Assembly (NCBI GenBank): GCA_051531975.1 | Contig: JAOPTT010000006.1 | Coordinates: 398,870 to 462,869, forward strand | DNA length: 64,000 nt | Source: Spirochaetaceae bacterium | Lineage (GTDB): Bacteria; Spirochaetota; Spirochaetia; DSM-2461 | Reading direction: 5' to 3' | Shown here: piece by piece, positions 51,009 through 61,739 of the stretch | Numbering within the stretch: position 1 is the first letter of the stretch | Layout of the letters: every line of letters begins with the position of its first letter | Translations under genes and position numbers: made by a program | The notes under the pieces: generated by a model | What the model saw: the letters and a program-made list of their open reading frames with translations, nothing else | What the model was told of the DNA's origin: nothing | Database searches by the model: none

Positions 51009-52424
51009 ATGGTAGAAGTAAGTCTAGAGTATTATAAAGAGGAACTTAAAACTGTAAAACAGTATCCTATTCAATATATACAAAACAGTAACGTTATAAA
51101 GTTATCTGAGGATGATGAAAATATTATATTAGGAATTTTAGAAACTACTGAACACCATATAATTGAGCAACTACAGGAGCTACATAAAAATAAACAGATA
51201 AAAACATTTTATATTAATTCAAGTGAATTAACTTCCTTCATTTCTAAATCCGGTAGTAATTTAGGTGGTGATGTAACTATACATTCTACAGAAAATGATC
51301 TTAACCGATTAGCAAACGATGCCCCAATTATAAACCTAGTTAACTCAATTATAATAGATGGAATAAACAAAGGTGCATCAGATATTCATATAGAGTGTTA
51401 CAAAGATGAAGTAGCACTTAGATATAGAATAGATGGTGTTTTAATAGAATCAGATAAAATAAATAGGACACTATTTACTGCCATAAGTTCTAGAATAAAG
51501 ATAATGTCAAATCTTAATATAATGGAGAGACGATTACCCCAGGATGGCCGTTGCAGTGTAACTTTAGAAGCGAACCCAGTTGATCTGCGTATATCAATTA
51601 TTCCTCTATCAAATGGTGAGTCTATTGTATTAAGACTGTTTGTTAAAAAGAGCAAACTATTAACATTAGAGGACTTAGGTTTTACTCTGGGCAATATAGA
51701 TATATTAAATAAGGTTAGTAATCTACCCCACGGTCTGATATTAATTACAGGGCCTACAGGTTCAGGAAAAACTACAACTTTAAATGCTCTACTGCAAAGA
51801 ATAAACTCGGCAGAGAAAAAGATCATAACTATAGAAGACCCTGTAGAATACTCAATACCTGGTGTTAACCAAATTCAAGTTAATCAAGATATAGATCTGA
51901 GTTTTAGTGCAATTTTACGTCGTGTATTACGACAGGATCCAGATGTAATAATGATAGGTGAAATTCGGGATAAAGAGACAGCTGATCTTGTAATTAGAGC
52001 AGCTTTGACAGGACATTTAGTTCTCTCCACACTTCATACAAACGATGCAACATCATCTTTATCTAGGTTAAAGGATATGGGAATTCCAGATTACCTTTTA
52101 ACTTCTGTATTAAAAGCTACTTTTGCTCAAAGACTTGTTCGAACATTGTGCCCTGAGTGTAAAAAACTTGACTCCGATGGTAGTTTTATTTCAGTTGGTT
52201 GTAATCGATGTTTTCATACTGGATTTAAAGGTCGAATTGCAATTTCTGAGGGTTTTGTTGTTGATAGTAAACTTGAGAACTTAATTTTAGATGGTGCAAA
52301 ACCTTACCAAATATCAGAGTATTTAACAAAAAATGGAATGCAGAGTTTATATAATTCAGGTTTAAATAGTGCAAAACAAGGTCTAACTACAATTAAAGAG
52401 ATAAACAGGGTATTATCGTGTTAA
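51009..52424 (+). CDS. gspE: T2SS ATPase
   Basis: ASDIHIE, ERRLPQDG, GPTGSGKT, LRQDPD, STLHTND, CxxC pairs. Confidence 0.93.
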   Translation: MVEVSLEYYKEELKTVKQYPIQYIQNSNVIKLSEDDENIILGILETTEHHIIEQLQELHKNKQIKTFYINSSELTSFISKSGSNLGGDVTIHSTENDLNRLANDAPIINLVNSIIIDGINKGASDIHIECYKDEVALRYRIDGVLIESDKINRTLFTAISSRIKIMSNLNIMERRLPQDGRCSVTLEANPVDLRISIIPLSNGESIVLRLFVKKSKLLTLEDLGFTLGNIDILNKVSNLPHGLILITGPTGSGKTTTLNALLQRINSAEKKIITIEDPVEYSIPGVNQIQVNQDIDLSFSAILRRVLRQDPDVIMIGEIRDKETADLVIRAALTGHLVLSTLHTNDATSSLSRLKDMGIPDYLLTSVLKATFAQRLVRTLCPECKKLDSDGSFISVGCNRCFHTGFKGRIAISEGFVVDSKLENLILDGAKPYQISEYLTKNGMQSLYNSGLNSAKQGLTTIKEINRVLSC

Positions 52425-53602
52425 CTTATAAATGTCGTGTAGTAAATGAATTAGGCCAGATAGCTGAAGTTTTTATACAAGCTTCAGATAACACCCAGTT
52501 AAAAGAAGTTGTAAATAATAGACATCTGACTCTATTATCTAGTAATAAAAGTGCATCAAACGGATTAAAAATTAAAAAGAATGATCTATTAACATTTACA
52601 CAAACTCTTAGTCTATTACTAAGCTCAAACCTCTCATTAAAAGATTCTATATCAGTATCAATTTCAACCTTTAAAGAGAAAAAATTGATATCCTTATGTC
52701 AAACTATTTTAAACGAACTAAATAAAGGTAATAGCTTTTGTAAAATATTAAAAGAAAACACCGTAGGTATTCCATCCCTGTATTTAGGTCTTATTGGGGT
52801 CGGAGAAAAAACTGGGACGCTTAAAAGTGTACTTTTACAGCTAGATAAATATTTAGAACGAAATAAAAAGTTTCAAGATAAATTAATTGGAGCACTTATA
52901 TACCCATGTATCATTATCTTAATGACAATTATATTTAGTATTGTTTTTGTACTCTTTATATTACCAAAGTTTAACCAGATGTTTTTAACCTTAGGTGGTA
53001 GTGTTGCAGATGTATTAGAAAATAGAGGCGCAATTTTAAGTAATATTATGATTCTTTCGAGCTCTATATTTATAATATTATCTATAATTATATTTTATTT
53101 TGAAAAATTAGGAAAAGTTGATTACAAAAAAGTAGCTATGTTCCATAGATTTTATTTTAAAATACCAATATTTGGAAAGTTATTATTAGAAAATGAAACA
53201 CTTAATCTCATTTTTGCACTTTCAGTATTAACCGATAGCTCTCTGAATATAGAAGAATCATTAGAATATGGAAAAAATGTACTAAATAATTGCCAACTTA
53301 AAACAGAGGTTGATGAAATAAAAGAGGATATAGTTAGTGGAATAACTATGTCTGAAGCTTTTAATAACAGAACATTTCCATTTAAAATTTCTGCATTTGT
53401 AAAAGTTGGTGAGAAGACTGGAGATATTAGTAAAATATTTAACCAGTTAACAAGTTATTATTTAAAAGAGACAGATAAAAAATTAGATAGATTTATGACT
53501 ATTATCGATCCTTTGTTTACACTATTAATTGGTGCAGCTCTTTTTTCAATTATTTTACTGTTTATATTACCAGTATTAACTAAAATGGGTGATCTACTGT
53601 GA
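52418..53602 (+). CDS. gspF: T2SS inner membrane platform protein
   Basis: Two VGEKTG motifs, ALIYP. Confidence 0.9.
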   Translation: MLTYKCRVVNELGQIAEVFIQASDNTQLKEVVNNRHLTLLSSNKSASNGLKIKKNDLLTFTQTLSLLLSSNLSLKDSISVSISTFKEKKLISLCQTILNELNKGNSFCKILKENTVGIPSLYLGLIGVGEKTGTLKSVLLQLDKYLERNKKFQDKLIGALIYPCIIILMTIIFSIVFVLFILPKFNQMFLTLGGSVADVLENRGAILSNIMILSSSIFIILSIIIFYFEKLGKVDYKKVAMFHRFYFKIPIFGKLLLENETLNLIFALSVLTDSSLNIEESLEYGKNVLNNCQLKTEVDEIKEDIVSGITMSEAFNNRTFPFKISAFVKVGEKTGDISKIFNQLTSYYLKETDKKLDRFMTIIDPLFTLLIGAALFSIILLFILPVLTKMGDLL

Positions 53603-54542
53603 TAGATTCAATAAAAAGTATATTAATGGATTTTTCAGGAATTAAAAATAGTGAAATCCCTATCTATATAGAAAGTCAATTAATTAAATATTACCCTGAG
53701 CCTAAAAGTTTAGTTTACGACTACATATTAACTAAGCGTGGTAACAGTAAAAAGGCATTGGTAAGTTATGTTCTTAAAAATAGTTTAATTAAAACAGATA
53801 TTAAAGAACTTTATCACCCTCACCTTCTTTTTACTAAATTACTTAAAAGAGATGGTTTTTATTTTATTATTTATGGTGACAACTTATTAGAAGTTGAAAT
53901 ATCTTTAGGTCTTTTTAAAACAGTAAAACAATCAAAATTAAGAACATTAGATTTACAAAAGATTGATACTAAACATATAGTAATTTCAGATAATATTAAT
54001 TACGGTAAATGTTCTACTTTTAAACCCAAAAAGTTGTTAAAATTAGAACAGCTATATAAACGTTGTAAAGCCGATCTATTTACTAAAAAAAAAATTCAAA
54101 TTACAAAAAAGTTATATATTTATTACCTATTATTATATTATTACTAGTAGCCATTAAAGCTTTAAATATTTATGAAACTCAAAACCGGTTATTATCAGAA
54201 TTAGAACAACAGTATAACCAGCTAGTAATTATTAACAAACAAAGTAGTGAAATTGAACAAAGATATATAAAGTTACAAAACGATCTTAATATAATTCAAT
54301 CCCAAGTAATTCCAGACTTATATACAATCTTTTTTGAATTAAATAGATACGGTTCAAACTTTAAAGTTCCAGATTTGACATATACAAGTGGAGTTATTCG
54401 ATTTAATGCATTATCAACAAATAGTATTACACTAGTAAAAAAGTTAAATGAATCAGGTTATCTATCTTTAATACAAAACTCAACAATAAATAAAAACGAT
54501 TATGAATGGGTCAATATAAGTGGAGATGTATTATGCCCATAG
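53599..54542 (+). pseudogene. GspL/PilN-like protein split by a frameshift at A10 (54085-54094)
   Basis: Adding one A joins 53599 to a TM plus coiled-coil frame ending TAG 54542 (314 aa). Confidence 0.7.
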
Positions 54543-55381
54543 AGAGAAAAATACTGATTTTTATCTTAATTTCAATAATTCTCCTGTTTAGTGGTTACCT
54601 GATTTATGATGGCTATATTAAAAGTTATTTTGATACATCAGATAAAATTGAAAAATATAAGATTTTAATAGATAAAGTATCTGAACCTAACAATGAAATA
54701 ACTGAATTGCAAATAGAAGAGTTAACCACTTTAATAGAAAGATATAACGGTATGTTTTTTTATGAGGCTGATAGAGAGATAACTAATTTAACTCCACATA
54801 TTAAACAAGTGATTATAGACAGTGGTATGGATATCTCACAATATCAAGGTTTAGGAAACTCTGTGCAATTCTCTATAAAGGGTAATAAAACATCACTTGC
54901 AAATTTCTTATATATTCTTTATTCAGAATCTAGAATATACGATATACCTCTACTAAATATTAGAATGATTAATAACTACGAATTTCAGGGAATAATTGAA
55001 ATATCAAGACCAGAATTAAAAGCTGAACCAAATGCAAAGTATTACAAAGAATTTCCTAGATTAGAAATTGAATCAATACCTTATATATCAGACCTTTTTA
55101 ATTTTTTAGGAACTAGTTTATTTGAAGCGACCTCCACCGATATACCAGTAGTTATGAAAATTGAAGTCAAAAAAGTAAAAAATAAGACAACCAATAAGTT
55201 TAGTTTTATTGGTTGCCTCAAAAAAAATGGAGAAACCATCACAATGTTTAAAGAGAGTAAAAACGGAAGGATATTTCGTTTTAAAGAGTTAGAAACCATA
55301 TCTGAATGGACTTACCTAGGTTTAGAAAGTGATACATATATGTTTAGTAAAGATAAAATTATATACGAGGTAACACCATGA
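54533..55381 (+). CDS. GspM/PilO-like T2SS component with possible GspC-like C-terminus
   Basis: N-terminal TM and coiled coil; operon position; GGAG RBS before ATG 54533. Confidence 0.6.
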   Translation: MPIERKILIFILISIILLFSGYLIYDGYIKSYFDTSDKIEKYKILIDKVSEPNNEITELQIEELTTLIERYNGMFFYEADREITNLTPHIKQVIIDSGMDISQYQGLGNSVQFSIKGNKTSLANFLYILYSESRIYDIPLLNIRMINNYEFQGIIEISRPELKAEPNAKYYKEFPRLEIESIPYISDLFNFLGTSLFEATSTDIPVVMKIEVKKVKNKTTNKFSFIGCLKKNGETITMFKESKNGRIFRFKELETISEWTYLGLESDTYMFSKDKIIYEVTP

Positions 55382-56058
55382 AAAAATTATTGTTTATGAT
55401 ATTAGTAACAGCACTATTTAGTTGTAAAACGACACAAGTTCCAACCCCAGGTATTTCAACATCTTTGTTAGGTGTAGTATTTGATAATAAAAGTAATGCT
55501 GTACAAAATGCTAAACTCTCTTTTACAACACCAGCCGATGTTGAGTTCCTAATTACAGTTAATAGTGACATCGATGGTAAATTTTTAATCCCTGAATTGG
55601 ATTTTGGAGAGTATGACGTTGTAATCAGTGCTAAGAACTGTAAACCAACAACAACGGTTGTAGATCACTTTGATATCGAAAATGTTCTAATTGTTAAAAT
55701 ATATACATTTGATGACCTTTTAATTGATTTTGAAAAAAACATTAACAATAAAAATCTAGATGTTGCAAAAATTAAAATGCAGCAATTAGATGAAATTAAT
55801 TCAGAGGATATTTACCTAAATTATATTAGATCTACATATTACATAAAAATAGAAGAATATGTAAAAGCTGAAAATATACTTATTAAGCTGCTTACTAAAA
55901 CTGAAAATAGCCCATATGTGAACCTACTATTAGCAGACATATACCAACATTATTTAATAGATACCGATAAATCAATTTTTCATTTAGAACAATTTTTAAA
56001 CAATAAATACAGATTAAAAGAGACAAATAGATTAGAGGAGTTAAAAAGTGCTATTTAA
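55378..56058 (+). CDS. Lipoprotein with carboxypeptidase-regulatory-like domain and TPR
   Basis: Lipobox LFSC; SDIDGKF.IPEL.FGEY. Confidence 0.72.
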   Translation: MKKLLFMILVTALFSCKTTQVPTPGISTSLLGVVFDNKSNAVQNAKLSFTTPADVEFLITVNSDIDGKFLIPELDFGEYDVVISAKNCKPTTTVVDHFDIENVLIVKIYTFDDLLIDFEKNINNKNLDVAKIKMQQLDEINSEDIYLNYIRSTYYIKIEEYVKAENILIKLLTKTENSPYVNLLLADIYQHYLIDTDKSIFHLEQFLNNKYRLKETNRLEELKSAI

Positions 56059-56485
56059 AATATTTAAACAAGATGATGGTTGGACATTTATTGAGACAAT
56101 AATTGGTATCGCAATTGTACTTTTATTAACAACTGGTGTTGGTGTTGTTGCAATAAAACAGATGGGCAAAGCCAATGTAACAGCTGCAACAAGTCAGATA
56201 GGTAACTTTAAATTAGCCTTAGAAATGTATAGACAGGATTGCACGAGATACCCTACTGAGGAACAAGGTTTACAATCCTTATGGGAAGAACCTATATTAA
56301 GTCCTATTCCTAAAAACTGGGATGGACCTTATATTGATAAAAAGATTCCTTTAGATCCATGGGATAATAGTTTTAAATACTTTGTTCCTGGAACTAATGG
56401 ACTGCCATTTACAATTACTAGTTTAGGTGCAGATAGTGCCTCTGGTGGAATTAAATTAAACAAAGATATTAATTCCTATGACTAA
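56048..56485 (+). CDS. gspG: Major pseudopilin
   Basis: GWTFIET prepilin site; YPTEEQGL..L; WDGPY..PLDPW. Confidence 0.92.
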   Translation: MLFKIFKQDDGWTFIETIIGIAIVLLLTTGVGVVAIKQMGKANVTAATSQIGNFKLALEMYRQDCTRYPTEEQGLQSLWEEPILSPIPKNWDGPYIDKKIPLDPWDNSFKYFVPGTNGLPFTITSLGADSASGGIKLNKDINSYD

Positions 56486-56669
56486 AAAAGATGAAGGTTT
56501 TATATTAGTTGATACTATTATTGCACTATTAATTTTAAGTATCTCACTAACATCTGTTTACGGTCTAATTATTAAAACAATAGATTTTGAACTTAAACTT
56601 ACGGACAAAGTTGAACTAATAATTGATACCATAGAAGATTATGATGAAAGCCTTAAAAATATTATATAA
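56478..56669 (+). CDS. Minor pseudopilin (GspI-like)
   Basis: GFILVDTIIAL. Confidence 0.65.
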   Translation: MTKKDEGFILVDTIIALLILSISLTSVYGLIIKTIDFELKLTDKVELIIDTIEDYDESLKNII

Positions 56670-57108
56670 CGATAAAGGATATACATTTATTGAGGTCTTT
56701 ATAACTGTATTAATTGTAAGTCTAATTAGTACAGTTTTATATACTAATAGTAATCAGATTTTAACCTCTCTTAATAAAGGTACACATAATTTAAAAAGAA
56801 GTTATGACCTTCTAAATTTGCGTCATACACTATTTTTTGAAGCACAGAATATAATGACGCCATGGTTTTATACGGAACACTCTATAGTCCAAGAACAAGG
56901 TTTTATAGAAGTTTTTTATTATATGGGATTACCAGATTATTCTATAAAAATTAGTTCCTCAGAAAGTGGTACTTTTATATATATAAATGACAATATAATT
57001 TATGAATCTAAGTATTTAGTTGGAAGTTTTACAATAACTGAATCGGCTATAAAGTTTGTTTCAGAGGATATAGAGTTTAGCTTTGTTTTAGGAGTAATAC
57101 TTGCGTAG
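56641..57108 (+). CDS. Minor pseudopilin (GspJ-like)
   Basis: GYTFIEV. Confidence 0.7.
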   Translation: MMKALKILYNDKGYTFIEVFITVLIVSLISTVLYTNSNQILTSLNKGTHNLKRSYDLLNLRHTLFFEAQNIMTPWFYTEHSIVQEQGFIEVFYYMGLPDYSIKISSSESGTFIYINDNIIYESKYLVGSFTITESAIKFVSEDIEFSFVLGVILA

Positions 57109-58075
57109 TTCTGTTATAGCTTTTATTTTTATTATATCAATTTCAGCAATAATTACGGTTTATAGTTCAAATGTTTTAACTTTATCTAAAGGTATAAATA
57201 AATTATCAGGTAAAATAGATAGGTCATTAACAAACCTTGATATTATAGAACAGATAACTGAAGTTTTAAATTCAGAGACAGATAAAAGTTACGAGTTAAT
57301 AGTTCGTGAGCTAAATGAATTAAATAATTCAGATAGAATAATTACAATTAAAGATATATCATCGAAATTAAATCCTAACTTTGTTGATTTTACTCTTTTC
57401 AAACAGACTGGATTAAAAAGTAAATTAGCAGATAATATTACATGGTTAACACTGCAACAATACAGGGATGATAATGGTTTTATCTCAGATTTAACACCAT
57501 ATAATCAATTTCTTAAAAACCATGATGAAGATATATTTACTCTATACAATATACCTAACTTAAATAATGCATCGGACATATCTCTAAAAAATTATTATTA
57601 TCATTTTACCCAGGATGAATATAAAGCTACACAATTTAAAGAACATATTGTTTCTAAACGATTAAAACAATTATTAGTTGATGACCAAAATATAAATAAG
57701 TTTTTTTTTCTATTTGATAAAGATTTTAAAGATAGAGTTACAATCATTCCAACTTGGAATGTTAATTTTTTAACTGATGATCTATTAACAGTAATTATAA
57801 GTAAAAAATATGGTGGAACTAATATTGAATATTTTAATAATAAATTAGGTACAATAAAAACACTTCGTAAATCTGAATATATAACTTCTGCAAAATTAAA
57901 AAGAATACTAGAATTAAAAGACAATCAGAAAAGTATATTGACCTACGTAGGTGATAAAACAACATTTTGGGAAGTTAATATTACTGACAATGTTAAAAAA
58001 TCTGAAACTAAAATAGTTTTTGGTCTTTATTTAGAACAATATAGAGTCGTTTCTTTAAAAGTTGAACTACTATGA
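57101..58075 (+). CDS. GspK-like minor pseudopilin
   Basis: DISSKLNPN, NLNNAS; size and operon position. Confidence 0.68.
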   Translation: MRSSVIAFIFIISISAIITVYSSNVLTLSKGINKLSGKIDRSLTNLDIIEQITEVLNSETDKSYELIVRELNELNNSDRIITIKDISSKLNPNFVDFTLFKQTGLKSKLADNITWLTLQQYRDDNGFISDLTPYNQFLKNHDEDIFTLYNIPNLNNASDISLKNYYYHFTQDEYKATQFKEHIVSKRLKQLLVDDQNINKFFFLFDKDFKDRVTIIPTWNVNFLTDDLLTVIISKKYGGTNIEYFNNKLGTIKTLRKSEYITSAKLKRILELKDNQKSILTYVGDKTTFWEVNITDNVKKSETKIVFGLYLEQYRVVSLKVELL

Positions 58076-58530
58076 TCAGTGTTCTTATTTTAGTGTCCAT
58101 TTATCTAGTTTTTTATGATATGAAATATCAAAGAGTTCCAAACTTAGTTAACCTGTTATTGTTTTTATCAGTTATAATTTATAAGTTAATAACTACGAGT
58201 GATCTTATTACAAGTTTAATAAGTGGTTTTATAGCTTTTATTACATTTCTATTTGTATATTTTGTAAGTGGTAAAAAATTAGGAATGGGAGACTGTAAAT
58301 ATACAGCAATAATAGCTATCTTTTTTGGATACCTCTTTTGGTTACAAAGTATAGTTTACTGCTCAATTTTAGCCTTATTAATTTCAGGAATACTTATTAT
58401 TTTTAAAAAGATTAATAGAAATACTAAATTACCTTTTATGCCGTTTTTAGTTAGTGGGTGGTTGTTGAACTTTTATTTTATTTTCCATCCCACATATAAA
58501 TTTTTAAATCTATCTGGTCTTTATGGTTAA
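58072..58530 (+). CDS. A24 prepilin peptidase (short form)
   Basis: YDMKYQRVPN, LGMGD, LPFMPFL. Confidence 0.85.
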   Translation: MISVLILVSIYLVFYDMKYQRVPNLVNLLLFLSVIIYKLITTSDLITSLISGFIAFITFLFVYFVSGKKLGMGDCKYTAIIAIFFGYLFWLQSIVYCSILALLISGILIIFKKINRNTKLPFMPFLVSGWLLNFYFIFHPTYKFLNLSGLYG

Positions 58531-58786
58531 AAACAATACCTTCATTTTCTAGTAACTCTTTTTGCATTAAATATCCTTCTGAATCTTTAATGGAAATTGT
58601 TCCTTTACTATTTATAACTCTAAACCAAGGTAAATTTAACCTTTTAGTTTGTGAATTAAGAAGCCATGATACTTGTCTAGCAGCCCCTGGGTGCCCAGCT
58701 AAGGCAGCTACAGCACCATATGATAAAACTTTTCCATTAGGGATATTTAGTATTGTATTAACTATTTTCTCTGACAGTTCTGTCAT
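58478..58786 (-). CDS. Alkyltransferase-like (ATL/MGMT family) protein
   Basis: IPNGKVLSYG, ARQV, PWFRV (Trp in place of catalytic Cys). Confidence 0.88.
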   Translation of the reverse strand: MTELSEKIVNTILNIPNGKVLSYGAVAALAGHPGAARQVSWLLNSQTKRLNLPWFRVINSKGTISIKDSEGYLMQKELLENEGIVFNHKDQIDLKIYMWDGK

Positions 58787-59300
58787 CTAACTCTTTCCTT
58801 AATTCTGCAGCTTTCTTATCTTCTTTATACTGAAAAACAAACAAAGTTATTGCTCCAAAAGTTATAGATAAATCTGCTACATTTAACACACCTGTTCTTA
58901 ATGGACCTATTCCAAAAAGTAGAAAATCTGTTACAGCACCAAGATGTACTATTCTGTCGTAAACATTTCCAATTCCACCACCAATAATACATGCTATGGC
59001 TACAGATTGATTAAAGGAGACATTTTTTCCAAAAATCAGATATAAAATTGCGACCACAATTGCTACAGTTGGAAAAAATACTAATACTATTGTCTTCCAA
59101 GGTTGTCCTAAATCAGAAAACATACTTAAAAAGGCGCCATCATTTTCTGCGTATACTAATATAAAAAAATCACCAATAACATTAATCATTCCCTGACCTT
59201 GAATGAAAATCCTTGCAAGTATTTTTGTTATTTGATCTGCTGCTAAGTTAATAATTATGACTAATGATAATATTATATTTCTTTTAATTTTTTCTGTCAT
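58758..59300 (-). CDS. lspA: Signal peptidase II
   Basis: DQITK, NDGAF, GNVYDR, VTDF, NVAD. Confidence 0.93.
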   Translation of the reverse strand: MTEKIKRNIILSLVIIINLAADQITKILARIFIQGQGMINVIGDFFILVYAENDGAFLSMFSDLGQPWKTIVLVFFPTVAIVVAILYLIFGKNVSFNQSVAIACIIGGGIGNVYDRIVHLGAVTDFLLFGIGPLRTGVLNVADLSITFGAITLFVFQYKEDKKAAELRKELDDRTVRENS

Positions 59301-59326
59301 CTATACCTCTGATTCAAATTATATAT

Positions 59327-60514
59327 TTAGTTTTTCAAGATGTCTATCTCTACCCTACGGTTTCGACTACGACCCTCTTTAGTATCGTTTGTATCAACTG
59401 GCCTACTTCCACCTAAACCTATAACTTCAATACTATTTTTATCTAGATAATCCATCTCTAATAGATACTCGGCTACTGCTCTAGCCCTTCGAGTTGAAAG
59501 ATTTGTTAAATATTTAGGATCATTTTCTCCAAAAAGAGCTGTGTGGCCAATGATACGAATATTAATATCATCTATCTCTTTTAAAGCTGAACCAATGTTA
59601 TCTAAATGATTTTTTACACTATCTTTAAGAATATCTGATTCAGGATCAAACAACATAGAGTTAAACGTAATTTTTAGATAATCTTCTTCCTCATCTACAG
59701 TAGTCTGTGGAGTAATCTCTAAAGTTTCTTTTAAAGCTAACATGCGTTTTGATCTTAGATCATTTTTAGGCCAACTTTTAGATTCGGTTCTACCATTAAA
59801 TGTATAAAGATCGCCTGTTGAAGTTGTAAACTCAATAAAAAAGTCATCATCAACTGAGTGTGGTCTTCCTTTTTCTATATCCCATAACAGAGTTTGTTTT
59901 GATCCACCAGATATTTTAAGTGGATAAAAGTCCCCCCATTCTATATACGGTTTTACTTTTTCAAAAATATTGTAGCTCATTTTAATAATTGCCATCTCCT
60001 GGCCGTCAACTAACTTATTACCATGATAGGTATAAAATACTCTAAACTCTGTTTTAATATAATCCTCTATACCAAATCCATTTTTCAGATCAAAATATTC
60101 TATTGCCATTCCAGTCCAACTCTCTCCAATTTTAACATCTCTATTAGGAAAAAGTGGAATATTTTGAACTGCAGGGAAAATAAGATTATCAATTGGATCT
60201 ATATAACCATCTGAATACTGAATTATAGTACCTTTGGTAGTTTGATGATTAGTGTAAAAACCAGAAGTCAAACCTTTGGATTCTTGAAATACATCCTGGG
60301 TGACATTAAGTTCTGCACTATCGTTATATGTATCATTAATTTCTACTCTATATTTGTTTTGAATTACACTACTTAATTGTATCTTTCTATTTAATTTAAC
60401 ATTTTGATAAACAATAGATTCAATTCTATAACTCTCAGAAAAATTGTATTTGAATTCGATGGAGTATAATTGAATTGTTATAAAATAGAATAATAGTATA
60501 TAAAGGTTTCTCAT
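59327..60514 (-). CDS. OmpA-family peptidoglycan-binding protein
   Basis: GHTA, LSTRRARAVAEYL, GRSRNRRVEI. Confidence 0.88.
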   Translation of the reverse strand: MRNLYILLFYFITIQLYSIEFKYNFSESYRIESIVYQNVKLNRKIQLSSVIQNKYRVEINDTYNDSAELNVTQDVFQESKGLTSGFYTNHQTTKGTIIQYSDGYIDPIDNLIFPAVQNIPLFPNRDVKIGESWTGMAIEYFDLKNGFGIEDYIKTEFRVFYTYHGNKLVDGQEMAIIKMSYNIFEKVKPYIEWGDFYPLKISGGSKQTLLWDIEKGRPHSVDDDFFIEFTTSTGDLYTFNGRTESKSWPKNDLRSKRMLALKETLEITPQTTVDEEEDYLKITFNSMLFDPESDILKDSVKNHLDNIGSALKEIDDINIRIIGHTALFGENDPKYLTNLSTRRARAVAEYLLEMDYLDKNSIEVIGLGGSRPVDTNDTKEGRSRNRRVEIDILKN

Positions 60515-61389
60515 CTATTACTAACAAATAGATATTTGGATCTACCATCAACGTTATTAATCATGGCTATAAACTCTTTATCTTGTGTAAAAAGTGCGAT
60601 ATCACCATTTTCAAACTTAGGTGAACTGTTTATAAAGAAGTCACTTTTAATCTGTTTTCCTGTACATATCTCGGTCGCTCCAGCTTCAGTAACATAGGAT
60701 ACTTGTCGTCCAAGATTAGTAATTAGTTCATAAGGAGTTGTTAAATTTAAATTCGTGAACTCTTCACCTGTTACAGCTTTATCTATTTGAAATGGTCCAA
60801 CAACAGATCTACTTAATTTTACAACATATGCTAGGGAATTAGTTAATTCTCCAAGATCTCTAGCAATTGAACGTATATAAGTTCCTTTACTGCAAGAAAT
60901 TTCTACTTCTAAATCTTTACCATCCCAATTAATAATATTAAAACTATTAATTGTAATATCTCTTGGAGGAATTTTAACCTCTTTTCCTTTTAATTTAAGC
61001 TGATAAGCTCTTTGACCATCTATATGTACAGCTGAAAAATCAGGAGGTATTTGAGAAATTGTTCCAGTAAATTGATTATTTATAACTTCTTTAATTTTTA
61101 AAATATCTGGGATAGGTTTTTCATCTAAAAAATCACCTTCAGGATCCAAGGTAGTAGTAGTAGTACCAAATCTGAATGTTGCTTGGTAAGTTTTATCCAT
61201 ACCTGTTATGTAGGGAGCAAACTTTGTCATCTTTCCAGTTAATATTACTAATAACCCGGAAGCAAACTTATCTAAAGTTCCTGTATGACCAACTTTTTTT
61301 GTGTTTAGTTTTCGTTTTAAAATACCAAGAGCCCGAAAGGATGTAATTCCCTCGGGCTTCTTTAGTAGAATCATACCATCATTATTCAT
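60511..61389 (-). CDS. truB: tRNA pseudouridine(55) synthase
   Basis: KVGHTGTLD, CSKGTYIRS. Confidence 0.95.
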   Translation of the reverse strand: MNNDGMILLKKPEGITSFRALGILKRKLNTKKVGHTGTLDKFASGLLVILTGKMTKFAPYITGMDKTYQATFRFGTTTTTLDPEGDFLDEKPIPDILKIKEVINNQFTGTISQIPPDFSAVHIDGQRAYQLKLKGKEVKIPPRDITINSFNIINWDGKDLEVEISCSKGTYIRSIARDLGELTNSLAYVVKLSRSVVGPFQIDKAVTGEEFTNLNLTTPYELITNLGRQVSYVTEAGATEICTGKQIKSDFFINSSPKFENGDIALFTQDKEFIAMINNVDGRSKYLFVSNR

Positions 61390-61738
61390 CAACCTGGGCA
61401 ATCTCATCAATAATTTTATTTACTTCAAAACCTTGCTCAATAGCATCGTCAAAAATAAACTCTAATTTTGGTATGGTTCTCATATGTAATTTTTTACCAA
61501 GTCTTCCTTGGATAAACCCACAGGCACGGTTTAAACCACCAACTGCCTGTTTAGCTTTACCATGACTCTCGAAAGAAGAAACATAAAGTTTAGCATGTGA
61601 TAGATCTTTTGAAACTATCACACGGGAGATAGAAACTAGTGTATTAACATTTGGGTTTTTAATAATACCCTTCATGATCATTGTACTAATCTCATCTCTT
61701 ATTAAACTTTCTACTCGGCGAATTCTAACATCACTCAC
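61382..61738 (-). CDS. rbfA: Ribosome-binding factor A
   Basis: SKDLSHAK, MRTIPKLEF..D; lies between infB and truB. Confidence 0.95.
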   Translation of the reverse strand: MSDVRIRRVESLIRDEISTMIMKGIIKNPNVNTLVSISRVIVSKDLSHAKLYVSSFESHGKAKQAVGGLNRACGFIQGRLGKKLHMRTIPKLEFIFDDAIEQGFEVNKIIDEIAQVDE

Positions 61739-61739
61739 G

